This document shows, piece after piece, positions 27,692-39,499 of a stretch of DNA of 40,127 bases. The notes under the pieces are model-generated. The model was given only the letters and a program-made list of their open reading frames with translations, had not been told where the DNA came from and did no database searches. Source of the DNA: an uncultured Clostridia bacterium (lineage in GTDB: Bacteria; Bacillota_I; Bacilli_A; RF39; UBA660); assembly GCA_947168405.1 (NCBI GenBank), contig CAMVLU010000003.1:1-40127 (forward strand), read 5' to 3'. The position numbers were made by a program, and so were the translations under genes. Position 1 is the first letter of the stretch, and every line of letters begins with the position of its first letter.

Positions 27692-27907
27692 CTACTTTCT
27701 ATAGGTTATTCGCCCACGTGTTAAATCATAGGGAGATAGTTCTACTAAAACATTGTCTCCTTCTATGATACGAATGTAATTCATTCGCATTTTACCAGAA
27801 ACGTGTGCTTCTATAATATGCTTATTACTAAGCTCTACTTTAAATTTATACCCTGGTAAAACTTCCAATACTTTTCCTTCTACTTCAATAGTATCATTCT
27901 TTGCCAT
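27692..27907 (-). CDS. infA: Translation initiation factor IF-1
   Basis: [14 protein letters not shown]; [15 protein letters not shown]. Confidence 0.98.
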   Translation of the reverse strand: MAKNDTIEVEGKVLEVLPGYKFKVELSNKHIIEAHVSGKMRMNYIRIIEGDNVLVELSPYDLTRGRITYRK

Positions 27908-28655
27908 TTAATCCTCCCGTTAAGATCTTATATCCGTCTTTAGTTACTGCAACTGTATGTTCATAATGTGCTGATAAACTATAATCTTCGGTTTCAATTG
28001 TCCAATCATTATCCCAAATGACAATTTCTGGACTTCCTAAAGTTAACATTGGTTCAACTGCAATAACCATTCCTTCTTTTAAAATTGGTCCTGTTCCTCT
28101 TTCACCATAATTTGGAACATCTGGTTCTTCATGAACATTAGTTCCTACACCATGACCAACAAGTTCTTTAACAACACCTAAATTATGAGCTTCAGCATAT
28201 TCCTCTATAGCTGCTCCTATATCACCTATATGAGCTCCTGGTTTAATTTCCTTTAAACCAACAAATAAAGATTTTTCCGTATGCTCCATAATATATTTTG
28301 CATCATCTGATATTTCTCCAACTGCATAAGTCCATGCTGAGTCACCATGATAACCTTTATAGCATGCTCCTATATCAATTGAAATAATATCCCCATTTTT
28401 AAGTTTTCTATTATCAGGAATTCCATGTACTACTTCACTATTAATACTAGTACATAAGGTACTTGGAAATCCTTCATAACCTTTGAAAGAAGGAGTACAA
28501 CCACGACTTCTAATAAAATCTTCAGCAAGTTTATCTAATTCTTTAGTTGTAATTCCTGCTTTTACAAAAGGTTTTAAATAACAATGTGTTTGATAAACGA
28601 CATTCCCAGCAATCCTAAGAAGTTCAATTTCTCTTTCACTTTTGATACTAATCAT
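27894..28655 (-). CDS. map: Methionine aminopeptidase type I
   Basis: [21 protein letters not shown]...[12 protein letters not shown]. Confidence 0.97.
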   Translation of the reverse strand: MISIKSEREIELLRIAGNVVYQTHCYLKPFVKAGITTKELDKLAEDFIRSRGCTPSFKGYEGFPSTLCTSINSEVVHGIPDNRKLKNGDIISIDIGACYKGYHGDSAWTYAVGEISDDAKYIMEHTEKSLFVGLKEIKPGAHIGDIGAAIEEYAEAHNLGVVKELVGHGVGTNVHEEPDVPNYGERGTGPILKEGMVIAVEPMLTLGSPEIVIWDNDWTIETEDYSLSAHYEHTVAVTKDGYKILTGGLNGKE

Positions 28656-29298
28656 TTAGAATCTCCTCGGTAGCTTTAAGCATACCTTCTTTTGAATCAG
28701 AATTTACAAAATGTATAATTCCTTTTTCTTTATAAAAATCTATTAATGGTTTAGTCTTATCTAAATAAGTATCATATCTTGTTTTAAATGATTCTTCATT
28801 ATCATCACTTCTTTTATATAACTTTCCACCACACTTATCACATAATCCTTCAACTTTAGGTGTATTAACACCAGTTAAAACATTATATACACTTCCACAT
28901 TCTTCACATAACATACGTCCAACGATTCGCATTCTTAGGGTTTCATAATCGGATTCTAAAACAATTACAACACCTAAATCTAAATTTAAACGTTTAACTG
29001 TATCATCATACATTTCTGCTTGTTCAAGTGTTCTTGGAAAGCCATCCAAGATATAACCATTTTTAGTATCATCTTTCATTAGTCTTTTTTCTAATAAATC
29101 AAATACTATTTCATTAGTAACTAAGGCACCACTTTGTAACATATCACTTATTTTTTTACCAAGTGGTGTATCTTCTTTACTGGCATCCCTTAATAAATCA
29201 CCTGTTGAAATATGAACGTATCCATATTTTTCTACTAACATTTCTGATAAAGTACCTTTACCAGCAGCAGGTGCAGCTATTAAAATGATATTTTTCAT
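28648..29298 (-). CDS. adk: Adenylate kinase with Zn-binding lid
   Basis: APAAGKGT, HISTGDLLR, YILDGFPRT, CEEC...CDKC. Confidence 0.97.
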   Translation of the reverse strand: MKNIILIAAPAAGKGTLSEMLVEKYGYVHISTGDLLRDASKEDTPLGKKISDMLQSGALVTNEIVFDLLEKRLMKDDTKNGYILDGFPRTLEQAEMYDDTVKRLNLDLGVVIVLESDYETLRMRIVGRMLCEECGSVYNVLTGVNTPKVEGLCDKCGGKLYKRSDDNEESFKTRYDTYLDKTKPLIDFYKEKGIIHFVNSDSKEGMLKATEEILND

Positions 29299-30560
29299 CT
29301 TACACGACCCCTTCTTTTCTTATAAGTTCTAGTTGCAAGACTTCCTTCTAATTGTTTATACGTTTCAAGAGCAACACCAACAACAATCAACAATCCTGTT
29401 CCTCCTATAGTAATACTTCCAGGAAGTTTTGTAAATGTTGTAAATAAAATTGGTAATATTGCTAAAACAATTAATAATAATGTTCCAACAATTGTAACTC
29501 TTGATAAAGTATATTTAACATATTCTTCTGTTTCCTTTCCAGGTCTAACTCCTGGAATATATCCACCATTCTTCTTTAAGTTATCAGCAACATCCTCTGG
29601 TTTTAATTGTAAGAATGTATAGAAATATCCAAAGAAGAATATTAATACTACATATATTATAAATCCAACTGGTTTAGAATAATCTAAATAATTTTCTACA
29701 AATGATTTAAATCCTTCATTATTGACAAAATTAGCTATTGTTGCAGGAATTGCAAGTAAGCTTGATGCAAAAATTACCGGAATAACACTTGCAGTATTTA
29801 ATTTAATTGGTAAGAATGATTGTTCAGATCCATATGATCCTGTTGTTTTATTTGCATATTGTAAAGGAATTCTTCTTTCAGATTCTTGAACATAAATTAC
29901 TCCAATTATAATAGCAAAATAAATTATTACAAATAATGCAAATTTTAAAATTCCAAGGGCTAGTTCAGCACCTTCACCAACTACTAATGAAGTAAAGGCT
30001 GTTTGAAACATGGTTGGAAGTGTTGCAATAATACCTGCCATAATCATTAAAGAAACTCCATTACCAATTCCTTTTTGAGTTATTTGATCACCTAACCATA
30101 AACAGAATGCTGTTCCTGCTGTCATAATAACAGCAACATATAAGTAATCAAATGAATTTCCTGTTCCAAGGAATGCAAAACTAAATGCATAACCTTCAAT
30201 AAAAGCAAAAATTATACCAACATATCTAGTTATTTGATTTAATTTTCTTCTTCCTACAGGTCCTTCTTTAGATAATTCTGTAAAATATGGAATAATATCC
30301 ATTTCTAAAAGTTGAATAATAATTGATGCTGTAATATAAGGACTAACTCCTAATGCAAAGATTGAAAAACGTTTTAAACTTCCTCCACCCATTGCATTAA
30401 TAAGTTCTAAAAATCCTAAATTCTTTGTAATATTTGTTGTTCCAGGAACTGTTATTCCTGTTCCAATTATAAATACTAATAATGCACCTAATGTAAAAAA
30501 CAATCTATTTCTTAAATCTTTATTAGTTGGTGCAAATATTTGCTTTAACATAGCAAACAT
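29295..30560 (-). CDS. secY: Preprotein translocase SecY
   Basis: SIFALGVSPYITASIIIQLL; GGTGLLIVVGVALET. Confidence 0.98.
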   Translation of the reverse strand: MFAMLKQIFAPTNKDLRNRLFFTLGALLVFIIGTGITVPGTTNITKNLGFLELINAMGGGSLKRFSIFALGVSPYITASIIIQLLEMDIIPYFTELSKEGPVGRRKLNQITRYVGIIFAFIEGYAFSFAFLGTGNSFDYLYVAVIMTAGTAFCLWLGDQITQKGIGNGVSLMIMAGIIATLPTMFQTAFTSLVVGEGAELALGILKFALFVIIYFAIIIGVIYVQESERRIPLQYANKTTGSYGSEQSFLPIKLNTASVIPVIFASSLLAIPATIANFVNNEGFKSFVENYLDYSKPVGFIIYVVLIFFFGYFYTFLQLKPEDVADNLKKNGGYIPGVRPGKETEEYVKYTLSRVTIVGTLLLIVLAILPILFTTFTKLPGSITIGGTGLLIVVGVALETYKQLEGSLATRTYKKRRGRVR

Positions 30561-31003
30561 TATAACACCTCTATTTTGCTTCCTGCGCTTCCTAGTTTTT
30601 CTACTGCAGATTTAGAAAACTTATGTGCTTTTACAGTTAATTTTTTAGTACATTCACCATTTCCTAGAACTTTTACTCCATCTAATTGATTCTTTAAAAG
30701 TCCAACTTCTTTTAATAATTCTGGTGTTACAACTGTTCCATCTTCAAATCTATTTAAATCAGAAACATTTATAGTTGCATATCTAATTTTAAAATCACTA
30801 TTTGAGAATCCTCTTTTAGGTAATCTTCTATAAAGTGGTAATTGTCCACCTTCAAATGTTGCAGGAATTGATACACCACTTCTTGCTTTTTGACCTTTTT
30901 CTCCTCTTCCACTTGTTTTACCAAGTCCAGAACCCATTCCACGTCCTACTCTTTTTCTTACATGCTTTGCAGCAGTATTTCTTTCTAATTCATGTAACTT
31001 CAT
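30560..31003 (-). CDS. rplO: 50S ribosomal protein uL15
   Basis: [17 protein letters not shown]; [17 protein letters not shown]. Confidence 0.98.
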   Translation of the reverse strand: MKLHELERNTAAKHVRKRVGRGMGSGLGKTSGRGEKGQKARSGVSIPATFEGGQLPLYRRLPKRGFSNSDFKIRYATINVSDLNRFEDGTVVTPELLKEVGLLKNQLDGVKVLGNGECTKKLTVKAHKFSKSAVEKLGSAGSKIEVL

Positions 31004-31587
31004 TATCCTAAAATCTCACTTTCTTCTTTTCCTCTTAATTTAGCAACTTCACTTACAGTTTTAATAGATTTTAAAGCATTAATTGTAGCAGTTGCCATAT
31101 TTAATTTTGTTCTAGATCCAAGTGATTTACTTGAAATATCATGAACTCCTGCAAGTTCAAGAACAGCACGAACAGCTCCACCAGCAATTAATCCAGCTCC
31201 GGCAGGTGCTGGTTTTAATAATACTTTAGCAGCTCCGCTTTTTCCAATAGCTTCATGTTGAATAGTTCTTCCATCAATTAAAGTGATTTTAATAACATTT
31301 TTGTTAGCAGCTTGAATGGCTTTTTTAATAGCATCTGGAACTTCTCCAGCTTTACCTATACCAATTCCAACTGTTCCCTTTTTATCACCAACAACAACAG
31401 TTGCAGAGAATCTTCTTTGTCTTCCACCTTGAGTAACTTTAACAACACTCTTAACTTCAACAACTAATTCTTCATACATTTTTTTATTGTTATTAGTTCT
31501 AGATCTAGCTTTATCTTTGTTTCTAACAACTTTAGTTTTATCTTTTTCTAAAGTCTTTGTTTCTTTTTCTACATTTTCTTTTTGCAT
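31003..31587 (-). CDS. rpsE: 30S ribosomal protein uS5
   Basis: [19 protein letters not shown]; [14 protein letters not shown]. Confidence 0.97.
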   Translation of the reverse strand: MQKENVEKETKTLEKDKTKVVRNKDKARSRTNNNKKMYEELVVEVKSVVKVTQGGRQRRFSATVVVGDKKGTVGIGIGKAGEVPDAIKKAIQAANKNVIKITLIDGRTIQHEAIGKSGAAKVLLKPAPAGAGLIAGGAVRAVLELAGVHDISSKSLGSRTKLNMATATINALKSIKTVSEVAKLRGKEESEILG

Positions 31588-31596
31588 AAATCCTCC

Positions 31597-31953
31597 TTAG
31601 AATTCTAACCCACCATCACGTAGTGCATCAGCTAAGGCTTTTACACGACCATGATATAGGTATCCACCTCTGTCGAATACAACTTTAGTAATTCCAGCTT
31701 TCTTTGCTTTTTTTGCAAGAGATTCTCCAACTAATTTTGCTGCTTCAACATTGCTTCCATTTTTTCCTTTATTTTCTAAAGAGGAAGCACTTACAAGAGT
31801 AATACCTTCTTCATCATTAATTATTTGGGCATATATATTTGTGTTAGAACGAAATACACAAACTCTAGGAACATCATGCGTACCAACGATTTTTGTTCTT
31901 ACACGTTTATGTCTTTCAACACGTACATCATTTCTTGATACTTTACTAATCAT
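31597..31953 (-). CDS. rplR: 50S ribosomal protein uL18
   Basis: [19 protein letters not shown]. Confidence 0.98.
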   Translation of the reverse strand: MISKVSRNDVRVERHKRVRTKIVGTHDVPRVCVFRSNTNIYAQIINDEEGITLVSASSLENKGKNGSNVEAAKLVGESLAKKAKKAGITKVVFDRGGYLYHGRVKALADALRDGGLEF

Positions 31954-31968
31954 AATTCCTCCTATTTA

Positions 31969-32505
31969 TTAAGCAGCCTTTTTACCTTCTTTACGACGAA
32001 CATATTCATCTTTATAACGAATACCTTTTCCTTTGTAAGGTTCAGGCGCACGTACTTTACGAACATTAGCAGCATATTCTCCTACTAATTCTTTGGAAAT
32101 TCCTGAAATAGAAATTTCTGTATTACTAACAAGTTCTACTTTAAGTCCTTCAGGTATATTCATATCTACTTGATGAGAATATCCAGCATTAATAACCAAT
32201 TTATTACCTTGAACATTAAAACGATATCCAACACCAATAATTTCTAAATTCTTTTTATAACCTTGTGTTACTCCAATAATCATATTATTTAAGTTAGCAT
32301 TTGCAGTTCCATGTAAAGCTTTAGTAAATTTTTCATCATTAGCTCTTTTTAGAGTAATTCCATCTTCATTTACTTCCATAGTAATTACATCTGGAAGTGT
32401 TAAAGATAATTCACCAAGTTTTCCTTTTACTGTTACTTTGTTTCCATCGTTTTCAATACTAACACCTTCTGGAATAACAAGTTTTCTATTTCCTATACGG
32501 CTCAT
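31969..32505 (-). CDS. rplF: 50S ribosomal protein uL6
   Basis: MSRIGNR start at 32505; PEPYKGKGIRY. Confidence 0.97.
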   Translation of the reverse strand: MSRIGNRKLVIPEGVSIENDGNKVTVKGKLGELSLTLPDVITMEVNEDGITLKRANDEKFTKALHGTANANLNNMIIGVTQGYKKNLEIIGVGYRFNVQGNKLVINAGYSHQVDMNIPEGLKVELVSNTEISISGISKELVGEYAANVRKVRAPEPYKGKGIRYKDEYVRRKEGKKAA

Positions 32506-32519
32506 AATTTCTTCCTTTC

Positions 32520-32918
32520 CTACCAAATATAAGCAAGTACTTCTCCACCTAAGTTATTCTTACGAGCATCTTTATCAGTCATTAAACCTTTACTCGTTGA
32601 AATAATAGCAATACCAAGTCCATTTAATACTTTTGGAATTTCTTCATTTTTAGCATAAACTCTTAGGCCTGGCTTTGATATTCTCTTAAGTCCAGTAATA
32701 ACTCTTTCTTTATTTGGTCCATATTTTAATGTTAAAACAATTGTTCCTTGAACATTATCTTTTGATACTTTGTAATCTTCAATAAATCCTTCTTCTTTTA
32801 AAATTCTAGCAATTTCTAATTTTGTTTTTGAAGATGGTACCAAAACTTCTTGATAGCGCATTTGATTTGCATTACGAATTCTTGTAAGCATATCTGCAAT
32901 AGCATCTGTTACTACCAT
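32520..32918 (-). CDS. rpsH: 30S ribosomal protein uS8
   Basis: [13 protein letters not shown]; [10 protein letters not shown]. Confidence 0.98.
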   Translation of the reverse strand: MVVTDAIADMLTRIRNANQMRYQEVLVPSSKTKLEIARILKEEGFIEDYKVSKDNVQGTIVLTLKYGPNKERVITGLKRISKPGLRVYAKNEEIPKVLNGLGIAIISTSKGLMTDKDARKNNLGGEVLAYIW

Positions 32919-32936
32919 ATTTTCATATCCTCCTTT

Positions 32937-33122
32937 TTACCAGCTTGATTTTTTGACCCCTGGTATTTGTCCTTTATAAGCTAATTCACGAAAACAAATT
33001 CTACAAATTCCAAATTTACTCATAACAGCATGTGGTCTTCCACATCTTTCACATCTTGTATATTCACGAACTTTAAATTTTTGTTTTTTATTAGCTTTAT
33101 TAATCATACTTTTTTTAGCCAT
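32937..33122 (-). CDS. rpsN: 30S ribosomal protein uS14, Zn-binding short form
   Basis: RCERCGRP...[10 protein letters not shown]; start MAKKSM at 33122. Confidence 0.97.
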   Translation of the reverse strand: MAKKSMINKANKKQKFKVREYTRCERCGRPHAVMSKFGICRICFRELAYKGQIPGVKKSSW

Positions 33123-33134
33123 AATATCCTCCAA

Positions 33135-33677
33135 TTACTTTCTAAATGGCATTCCAAGTTCATCCAATAAATCGAATGCTTCTTCATTACTCTTTGCTGT
33201 TGTTACAAATACAATATCCATTCCACGTACTTTTACGATATTATCATATTCAATTTCAGAGAAGATTAATTGTTCTTTAATTCCTAAAGTATAATTTCCT
33301 CTTCCATCAAAAGCTTTTGGACTAATTCCACGGAAATCTCTAACACGAGGAAGACCAATACTAATTAATTTATCCATAAAATTATACATATTTTCTCCAC
33401 GAAGTGTTACTTTACATCCAATTGATTGTCCTTCTCTTACATGAAATCCAGCTATAGACTTTTTAGCTTTTGTAATAACTGGTTTTTGTCCTGTAATAGC
33501 TGTTAAATCACTAACTGCTGCATCTAATAATTTAGAATTAGTAGTAGCATCTCCAACACCAATATTAACAACAATCTTAGATAGTTTTGGAACTTCCATA
33601 ATTGATTTGTAATTATATTTTTCTTTTAAACTTGGAACGACTTCATTCAAGTATTTTTCTTTTAGGCGGTTCATCAA
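33135..33677 (-). CDS. rplE: 50S ribosomal protein uL5
   Basis: LPRVRDFRG; [10 protein letters not shown]. Confidence 0.98.
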   Translation of the reverse strand: MMNRLKEKYLNEVVPSLKEKYNYKSIMEVPKLSKIVVNIGVGDATTNSKLLDAAVSDLTAITGQKPVITKAKKSIAGFHVREGQSIGCKVTLRGENMYNFMDKLISIGLPRVRDFRGISPKAFDGRGNYTLGIKEQLIFSEIEYDNIVKVRGMDIVFVTTAKSNEEAFDLLDELGMPFRK

Positions 33678-33691
33678 TAATTCCTCCTTCT

Positions 33692-34003
33692 TTAATCAAA
33701 CTTTTCGTTTGATTTCTTTGAAATTCTAACTTTTTTATTTGTTTTTTCGTCTATTGTAACTCCTACTCTAGTAGGTTTCTTTGTTTTTGGATCAATAAGC
33801 ATTACATTTGATGCATTGATAGGTGCTTCAATATCAAGAATTCCTCCTGATTCTTGTCCATTTGCTTTTTGATGTTTATGAACAATGTTAACACCTTCAA
33901 CGATTACTCTATTTTCATTACGTAATACTTTTTTAATTGTTCCAACTTTACCTTTATTAGAGCCAGCAATTACGATAACTTTATCACCTGTTTTTAATCT
34001 CAT
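33692..34003 (-). CDS. rplX: 50S ribosomal protein uL24
   Basis: KOW motif [16 protein letters not shown]; EAPINASNV. Confidence 0.97.
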   Translation of the reverse strand: MRLKTGDKVIVIAGSNKGKVGTIKKVLRNENRVIVEGVNIVHKHQKANGQESGGILDIEAPINASNVMLIDPKTKKPTRVGVTIDEKTNKKVRISKKSNEKFD

Positions 34004-34012
34004 ATAACACCT

Positions 34013-34384
34013 CTATAGTACTTCCTTAGCAAGGGATACAATCTTCATAAAATCTTTATCATCACGAAGTTCTCTTGCTACTGGTCCAAAAATACGTGTT
34101 CCCACTGGACTCTTATCATCTTTAATAATAACGCAAGCATTGTCATCAAACTTAATATAAGATCCATCATCTCTTCTTACACCAAATTTAGAACGAACAA
34201 TAACTGCTTTTACAACTTTGCTTTTTTTAACAGTACCGTTTGGAATAGCATTTTTAACTGTTCCTACAACGATATCACCAATATTTCCAGTCTTAACTTT
34301 ACTTCCTCCAAGAACACGAATTACTAATAATTCTCTTGCTCCTGAATTATCTGCAACTTTAAGACGACTTTCTTGTTGAATCAT
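34013..34384 (-). CDS. rplN: 50S ribosomal protein uL14
   Basis: VADNSGA; [13 protein letters not shown]. Confidence 0.98.
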   Translation of the reverse strand: MIQQESRLKVADNSGARELLVIRVLGGSKVKTGNIGDIVVGTVKNAIPNGTVKKSKVVKAVIVRSKFGVRRDDGSYIKFDDNACVIIKDDKSPVGTRIFGPVARELRDDKDFMKIVSLAKEVL

Positions 34385-34404
34385 AATTCCTCCTTATCCA
34401 GTTA

Positions 34405-34659
34405 CTATAGTATAACTGCTTTTTCTACGATTTCTTTTAAATAGAAATACTTTGTTTTTGATAATGGTCTAGTTTCAACTATTCTAACAGTGTCCCCTAC
34501 TGATGCTAAATTTTTAGGATCATCTACAGCATACTTTTTAGAATACTTAACTCTTTTACCATATAATGGATCTTTTTTATAAGTTTCAACCACTACAGTA
34601 ATTGTCTTATCATTTTTGTTACTTACAACTTTTCCAACTAACTCTTTACGTCTTTCCAT
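34405..34659 (-). CDS. rpsQ: 30S ribosomal protein uS17
   Basis: [14 protein letters not shown]; ETRPLSKTK. Confidence 0.97.
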   Translation of the reverse strand: MERRKELVGKVVSNKNDKTITVVVETYKKDPLYGKRVKYSKKYAVDDPKNLASVGDTVRIVETRPLSKTKYFYLKEIVEKAVIL

Positions 34660-34856
34660 TATTTAGCCTCCATCTCACGTTCACGAAGAACTGTTTTGCA
34701 TCTAGCAACATCATGTCTTAATTCTCTGATTCTTGAAGGTTTTTCTAAATTTCCAAGTGATGCACTAAAACGTAAATTAAATAATTCTTCTTTTGCATCA
34801 ACAATTTTCTTTTCTATTTCTTCAGTGGTCATTTTTCTTATATCATTAACCTTCAT
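34659..34856 (-). CDS. rpmC: 50S ribosomal protein uL29
   Basis: KEELFNLRF...[13 protein letters not shown]; start ATG 34856 or GTG 34868. Confidence 0.95.
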   Translation of the reverse strand: MKVNDIRKMTTEEIEKKIVDAKEELFNLRFSASLGNLEKPSRIRELRHDVARCKTVLREREMEAK

Positions 34857-34857
34857 T

Positions 34858-35283
34858 TTATTCACCACTTTCCATTTCTTTTGTTACAAATTTTGTTTTA
34901 ATAGGTAATTTATGACTTGCTAATCTAAATGCTTCACGAGCAACATCTTCAGTTACTCCGCCAATTTCAAACATAATTTTACCTTCTTTAACAACAGCAA
35001 CCCATTTATCAACAGCACCCTTACCTTTTCCTTGACGAGTACCTAATGGTTTACTAGTTACTGGCATGTGAGGAAAAATATTTATCCAAACTTTTCCACC
35101 ACGTTTCATATATCTTGTCATAGCAACACGAGCAGCTTCGATTTGATTTGTTGTAATCCAAGCACCTTCTTTTGCCATTAGTCCAAATTCACCAAATGAT
35201 AAAGTTGTATTACCTTTTGATTTTCCTTCATATGGTAATCTATGAACTCTTCTATATTTTACTCTTGCTGGAATTAAAGCCAT
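34858..35283 (-). CDS. rplP: 50S ribosomal protein uL16
   Basis: [25 protein letters not shown]. Confidence 0.98.
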   Translation of the reverse strand: MALIPARVKYRRVHRLPYEGKSKGNTTLSFGEFGLMAKEGAWITTNQIEAARVAMTRYMKRGGKVWINIFPHMPVTSKPLGTRQGKGKGAVDKWVAVVKEGKIMFEIGGVTEDVAREAFRLASHKLPIKTKFVTKEMESGE

Positions 35284-35285
35284 AA

Positions 35286-35933
35286 TTACTTACCTCCATT
35301 CTTTGAAGGAAGAATTTCTCCTTTATAAATCCATACTTTAACACCAATTTTTCCAAATGTAGTATCAGCTTCACTCATTGCATAATCAATATCAGCTCTA
35401 AAAGTATGAAGTGGGATAGTTCCTTCTTTATATCCTTCTGTTCTTGCCATGTCAGCTCCACCTAAACGTCCTGAAACACTAGTTTTAATTCCTTTAGCTC
35501 CAGCTTTCATAGCATTTTTAATTGCACGTTTTTGAGCCATTCTAAATGATGCTCTATTAGATATTTGCTTTGCAATAGAATCTGCAACAAGTTTAGCATT
35601 AATATCAACTTTCTTAATATCAATGATAGATACTTGTACAGGATGTCCTACTAATTCTGAAAGAACCTTCTTTAACTTTTCAATTTCTTCTCCACCTTTT
35701 CCAATTAATACACCAGGTTTAGCAGAATGAATTGTTACTTCAGTTTTCTTTTTACTTCTTTCTATTTCTACTTTTGCAATTCCTTTATCGATTAAATTCT
35801 TATCAATATATTTACGAATTTCCATATCTTCTTTTAAAGTACTAGCAAAATCTTTTTTAGGAGCATACCATTTAGATTCCCAATCTTTATTAATACCAAT
35901 TCTTTGTCCTATTGGACTTACCTTTTGTCCCAT
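35286..35933 (-). CDS. rpsC: 30S ribosomal protein uS3
   Basis: MGQKVSPIG; [13 protein letters not shown]; [10 protein letters not shown]. Confidence 0.98.
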   Translation of the reverse strand: MGQKVSPIGQRIGINKDWESKWYAPKKDFASTLKEDMEIRKYIDKNLIDKGIAKVEIERSKKKTEVTIHSAKPGVLIGKGGEEIEKLKKVLSELVGHPVQVSIIDIKKVDINAKLVADSIAKQISNRASFRMAQKRAIKNAMKAGAKGIKTSVSGRLGGADMARTEGYKEGTIPLHTFRADIDYAMSEADTTFGKIGVKVWIYKGEILPSKNGGK

Positions 35934-35941
35934 AATATCTC

Positions 35942-36274
35942 CTATCTTTCCTTAACATGAACTACTATATGACTAGTTCTCTTGTCTTTATGTCCTATAT
36001 ATCCTCTTGAATCAAACATAATTCTTTTCATAACAGGACCTGCATCTACTCTAGCTTCATTTACATATAATTTAGTTTCATCTGCTCCTTCATTGTTAAC
36101 AGCATTAGCAATAGCAGAATTTAAAACTTTTAAAATCATCTTTGAAGCCTTTGTATTATAATTTACTAATATGGTTTTTGCTTCTTTAACGTCTTTTCCA
36201 CGAATTAAATCAATAACTAATCGAATTTTAATTGGTGAAATACGTTGCATTTTTGCAATTGCATATGATTCCAT
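35942..36274 (-). CDS. rplV: 50S ribosomal protein uL22
   Basis: [16 protein letters not shown]; KRTSHIVV. Confidence 0.97.
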   Translation of the reverse strand: MESYAIAKMQRISPIKIRLVIDLIRGKDVKEAKTILVNYNTKASKMILKVLNSAIANAVNNEGADETKLYVNEARVDAGPVMKRIMFDSRGYIGHKDKRTSHIVVHVKER

Positions 36275-36299
36275 ACAAATTTTCCCTCCTAAGTTTTAA

Positions 36300-36569
36300 C
36301 TACTTTTCTTTATTTTCTCCGTGTCCACCAAACTTACGAGTTAATGAGAACTCTCCTAATTTGTGACCTACCATATCTTCTGTTACATATACTGGTATAA
36401 ATTCACGACCATTATGAACAGCAAATGTATGTCCTATAAAATCAGGATAAATTGTTGAACGACGAGACCAAGTTTTAATAACTTCTTTCTTTCCAGATTC
36501 ATTTAAATCTTGAACCTTTTTTAGTAATCTATCGAAAACATAAGGTCCTTTTTTTAGACTTCTTGCCAT
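36300..36569 (-). CDS. rpsS: 30S ribosomal protein uS19
   Basis: MARSLKKGP; MVGHKLGEF. Confidence 0.98.
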   Translation of the reverse strand: MARSLKKGPYVFDRLLKKVQDLNESGKKEVIKTWSRRSTIYPDFIGHTFAVHNGREFIPVYVTEDMVGHKLGEFSLTRKFGGHGENKEK

Positions 36570-36578
36570 TTTAACCTC

Positions 36579-37409
36579 CTATTTTCCATTTCTTCTACGA
36601 ACAATTAACTTGTCGCTAGATTTATTCTTACGAGTTTTATATCCAAGTGCTGGTTTACCCCATGGAGTAACTGGTCCTTTACGACCAACTGGAGCACGAC
36701 CTTCACCACCACCATGTGGATGGTCATTAGGGTTCATAACAGATCCACGAACTGTTGGACGAATTCCCATATGTCTACTTCTTCCAGCTTTTCCTAAATG
36801 AACAAGTTCATAATCTTCATTACCAACTTCTCCAATAGTTGCCATACAAGTTCCAAGTATTTTTCTTTGTTCTCCACTTGATAATCTAATCATTACATAT
36901 TTACCTTCACGACCTAATATTTGAGCACTAGAGCCAGCAGATCTTGCTAAAGCTCCACCTTTCTTAGGACGAAGTTCAACATTATGAATAACAGTACCAA
37001 CTGGTATATTCATAATTGGTAAAGCATTACCAACTTTAATATCAACATTTTCTCCACTTACAATTTTATCTCCAACATGAAGATTCTTTGGAGCAATGAT
37101 ATATCTCTTTTCACCATCTAAATAATTAATTAAAGCAATATTTGCTGATCTATTAGGATCATATTCTATACTAGCAACTGTTCCCTCTATATCAAACTTA
37201 TTTCTCTTAAAATCAATTATACGATATTTTCTTTTTTCTCCACCACCATGATGACGAACAGTAATTCTTCCTTGATTATTACGTCCACCATTCTTTTTTA
37301 ATGTAACAGTAAGACTTTTTTCAGGTGTACTTTTAGTAATTTCTTCATTAACTAAAGTACTCATCTTACGTCTAGCATTGGTAGTTGGTTTAAAATTTTT
37401 AATAGCCAT
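36579..37409 (-). CDS. rplB: 50S ribosomal protein uL2
   Basis: [12 protein letters not shown]; [18 protein letters not shown]. Confidence 0.98.
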   Translation of the reverse strand: MAIKNFKPTTNARRKMSTLVNEEITKSTPEKSLTVTLKKNGGRNNQGRITVRHHGGGEKRKYRIIDFKRNKFDIEGTVASIEYDPNRSANIALINYLDGEKRYIIAPKNLHVGDKIVSGENVDIKVGNALPIMNIPVGTVIHNVELRPKKGGALARSAGSSAQILGREGKYVMIRLSSGEQRKILGTCMATIGEVGNEDYELVHLGKAGRSRHMGIRPTVRGSVMNPNDHPHGGGEGRAPVGRKGPVTPWGKPALGYKTRKNKSSDKLIVRRRNGK

Positions 37410-37420
37410 AACACGCCTCC

Positions 37421-37702
37421 TTAATTAAGGTCGATCGTTTGTCCAGCTTTTAATGTAACTATTGCTTTTTTACATCTATTACTAAGCCCTGAATAACGAC
37501 CTACTCTTTTTTTCTTAACTGGCATATTCAATGTTTGAACATCCACTACTTCAACTTTAAATAACTTTTCTACAGCTTCTTTAATTTCTGTTTTATTAGC
37601 TTTAGGTGACACTTTGAAACTGTATTGATTTAAAGCTTCACGGTCACGGCTTTTTTCAGTAATTAAAGGTGCTTTTATTATTTCTAAATACTTTGTATTC
37701 AT
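37421..37702 (-). CDS. rplW: 50S ribosomal protein uL23
   Basis: PLITEKS; [11 protein letters not shown]; KKAIVTL. Confidence 0.97.
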   Translation of the reverse strand: MNTKYLEIIKAPLITEKSRDREALNQYSFKVSPKANKTEIKEAVEKLFKVEVVDVQTLNMPVKKKRVGRYSGLSNRCKKAIVTLKAGQTIDLN

Positions 37703-37703
37703 A

Positions 37704-38300
37704 CTATTTTAAAGCCTCCTCTACCAACTTTATAGCAGCAACATCCGCTAAAATATAATCAGCATTAATAATATCTAATACATTTAATTCATATGGTTCC
37801 ATCATGAAAATATTTTGTAAATTACGTCCAGCAAGAATTATATTTTCATCTAATTCATTCATAACGATTAATACTTTCTTATCAGCTATTTCTAACCCTT
37901 CAAGCATTTTAACCATTTCTTTAGTTTTTGGAACATCAAGAGATATCTTATCAACAACAATTATCTCTTTATCACGTGCTTTATAAGTTAAAGCACTCTT
38001 TAATGCTAACTTTCTTTCTTTTCTATTCATCTTAAGTGAATAATCACGTGGTACAGGTCCAAGAGCAATTCCTCCACCTCTCCATTGAGGAGCACGAATA
38101 GATCCTTGTCTTGCACGTCCTGTTCCTTTTTGTCTCCAAGGTTTTCTTCCTCCACCTGATACTTCACTTCTTGTTTTTACTTTATAAGTTCCTTGACGAA
38201 GTCCTGACATAGCAACTTGAATTGCATCTCTTACAACATTATCATTAGTTTCTATATCAAAGATTTCTTTACTTAATTTAATGTCTTTAACTCTTTCCAT
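37704..38300 (-). CDS. rplD: 50S ribosomal protein uL4
   Basis: KTRSEVSGGGRKPWRQKGTGRARQGS. Confidence 0.97.
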   Translation of the reverse strand: MERVKDIKLSKEIFDIETNDNVVRDAIQVAMSGLRQGTYKVKTRSEVSGGGRKPWRQKGTGRARQGSIRAPQWRGGGIALGPVPRDYSLKMNRKERKLALKSALTYKARDKEIIVVDKISLDVPKTKEMVKMLEGLEIADKKVLIVMNELDENIILAGRNLQNIFMMEPYELNVLDIINADYILADVAAIKLVEEALK

Positions 38301-38323
38301 AATTTTCCTCCTCTAACAAGAAA

Positions 38324-39160
38324 TTATTCTTGTGTTGGCTCACTTTCTTCAGTTTTTTCTTCAGTAGCTTCAGGAACTTCTTCTTTAGTTTCTTCAACAT
38401 TTTCTTCAGATGTTTCGTCTTTAGTTTCTTCAACTACTTCTTCAGTATTTTCAGTAACTTCAACTTTTTCATCTTCTTTTTCTTCTTCTACTTCATAGAA
38501 AACTAAATCAGTTTTTTCATTTACCTTATCAGGATTCTTAACTGCTGTTTTAATAACAATTAATGATTTCTTTGGTCCAGGAACATTACCTTTAATTAAA
38601 ACGATATTATTTTCTAAATCAATTTTAACTATTTCTAGATTTTGAACTGTAACAAGTTCATGTCCCATATGACCAGGTAACTTCTTTCCTTTTAATACGT
38701 GCATTGGAAGAAGTGTTCCCATTGAACCTACTCCACGATGATATTGACTACCATGTCCCATAGGTCCTCTTGTTTGATTATAACGTTTGATAACACCTTG
38801 GAATCCCTTACCTTTAGAAATTCCTTGAACATCAACCATTTCTCCTTCTGTGAATATACTTGCATCAACCTTTCCGCCTAAAGTATAATCAGCAATATTT
38901 ACTCCCCTTATTTCTTTTAAGAAGCGCTTAGGTTCAACACCTGCTTTTTTCAAATGACCCATTTTAGCCTTAGTAGTATTTTTTTCTTTAGCACTAAAAG
39001 CTGCTATCTGAATAGCTTCATATCCATCAGTTTCCATTGTTTTAATTTGAGTAACCACATTTGGTTCTACTTCAACAACAGTAACAGGAATTAATTTACC
39101 ATTCTTAGCAAAAACTTGAGTCATACCAATCTTTTTACCTAAGATTCCTTTCATTTTCAT
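38324..39160 (-). CDS. rplC: 50S ribosomal protein uL3 with acidic C-terminal extension
   Basis: [10 protein letters not shown]; [12 protein letters not shown]; IKGNVPGP. Confidence 0.97.
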   Translation of the reverse strand: MKMKGILGKKIGMTQVFAKNGKLIPVTVVEVEPNVVTQIKTMETDGYEAIQIAAFSAKEKNTTKAKMGHLKKAGVEPKRFLKEIRGVNIADYTLGGKVDASIFTEGEMVDVQGISKGKGFQGVIKRYNQTRGPMGHGSQYHRGVGSMGTLLPMHVLKGKKLPGHMGHELVTVQNLEIVKIDLENNIVLIKGNVPGPKKSLIVIKTAVKNPDKVNEKTDLVFYEVEEEKEDEKVEVTENTEEVVEETKDETSEENVEETKEEVPEATEEKTEESEPTQE

Positions 39161-39176
39161 TTTCCTCTCTTTCTAA

Positions 39177-39491
39177 TTACTTTCCTTGTTTAATGTCAAT
39201 ATCAACACCACTTGGTAAATCAAGATGTGTTAAAGCATCAATAATTTCCTTACTTGGATTTTTGATATCAATCAATCTCTTATGTGTTCTCATTTCAAAT
39301 TGTTCACGTGAATCTTTGTATTTATGAACAGCTCTTAAAATTGTAAACTTTTCAATTTCTGTTGGAAGTGGTACTGGTCCACTTATTTCTCCTCCAGATC
39401 TTTTTACAGTTTCAACAATCTTAGTACATGCATTATCAAGAATACGATGATCATACGCTTTTAACTTAATGCGAACTACTTGTTTTGACAT
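39177..39491 (-). CDS. rpsJ: 30S ribosomal protein uS10
   Basis: RIKLKAYDH; [21 protein letters not shown]; AAGGGAG RBS favours ATG at 39491. Confidence 0.97.
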   Translation of the reverse strand: MSKQVVRIKLKAYDHRILDNACTKIVETVKRSGGEISGPVPLPTEIEKFTILRAVHKYKDSREQFEMRTHKRLIDIKNPSKEIIDALTHLDLPSGVDIDIKQGK

Positions 39492-39499
39492 TTCCGTCA

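Noticed and set aside
19683-29297. Mycoplasma-type genetic code 4 (TGA = Trp)
   Set aside because: gatA, map and secY end at TGA at their expected lengths, and conserved Trp residues use TGG.
1013-37986. Short ORF-track entries overlapping real genes (1013..1198, 1744..1950, 1854..2057, 3394..3597, 4104..4349, 6077..6295, 13874..14074, 17479..17664, 20887..21132, 21433..21690, 26602..26865, 27093..27281, 27509..27724, 31751..31972, 34696..34908, 36610..36801, 37804..37986)
   Set aside because: Antisense or alternate-frame shadows of well-supported genes, without recognisable motifs.
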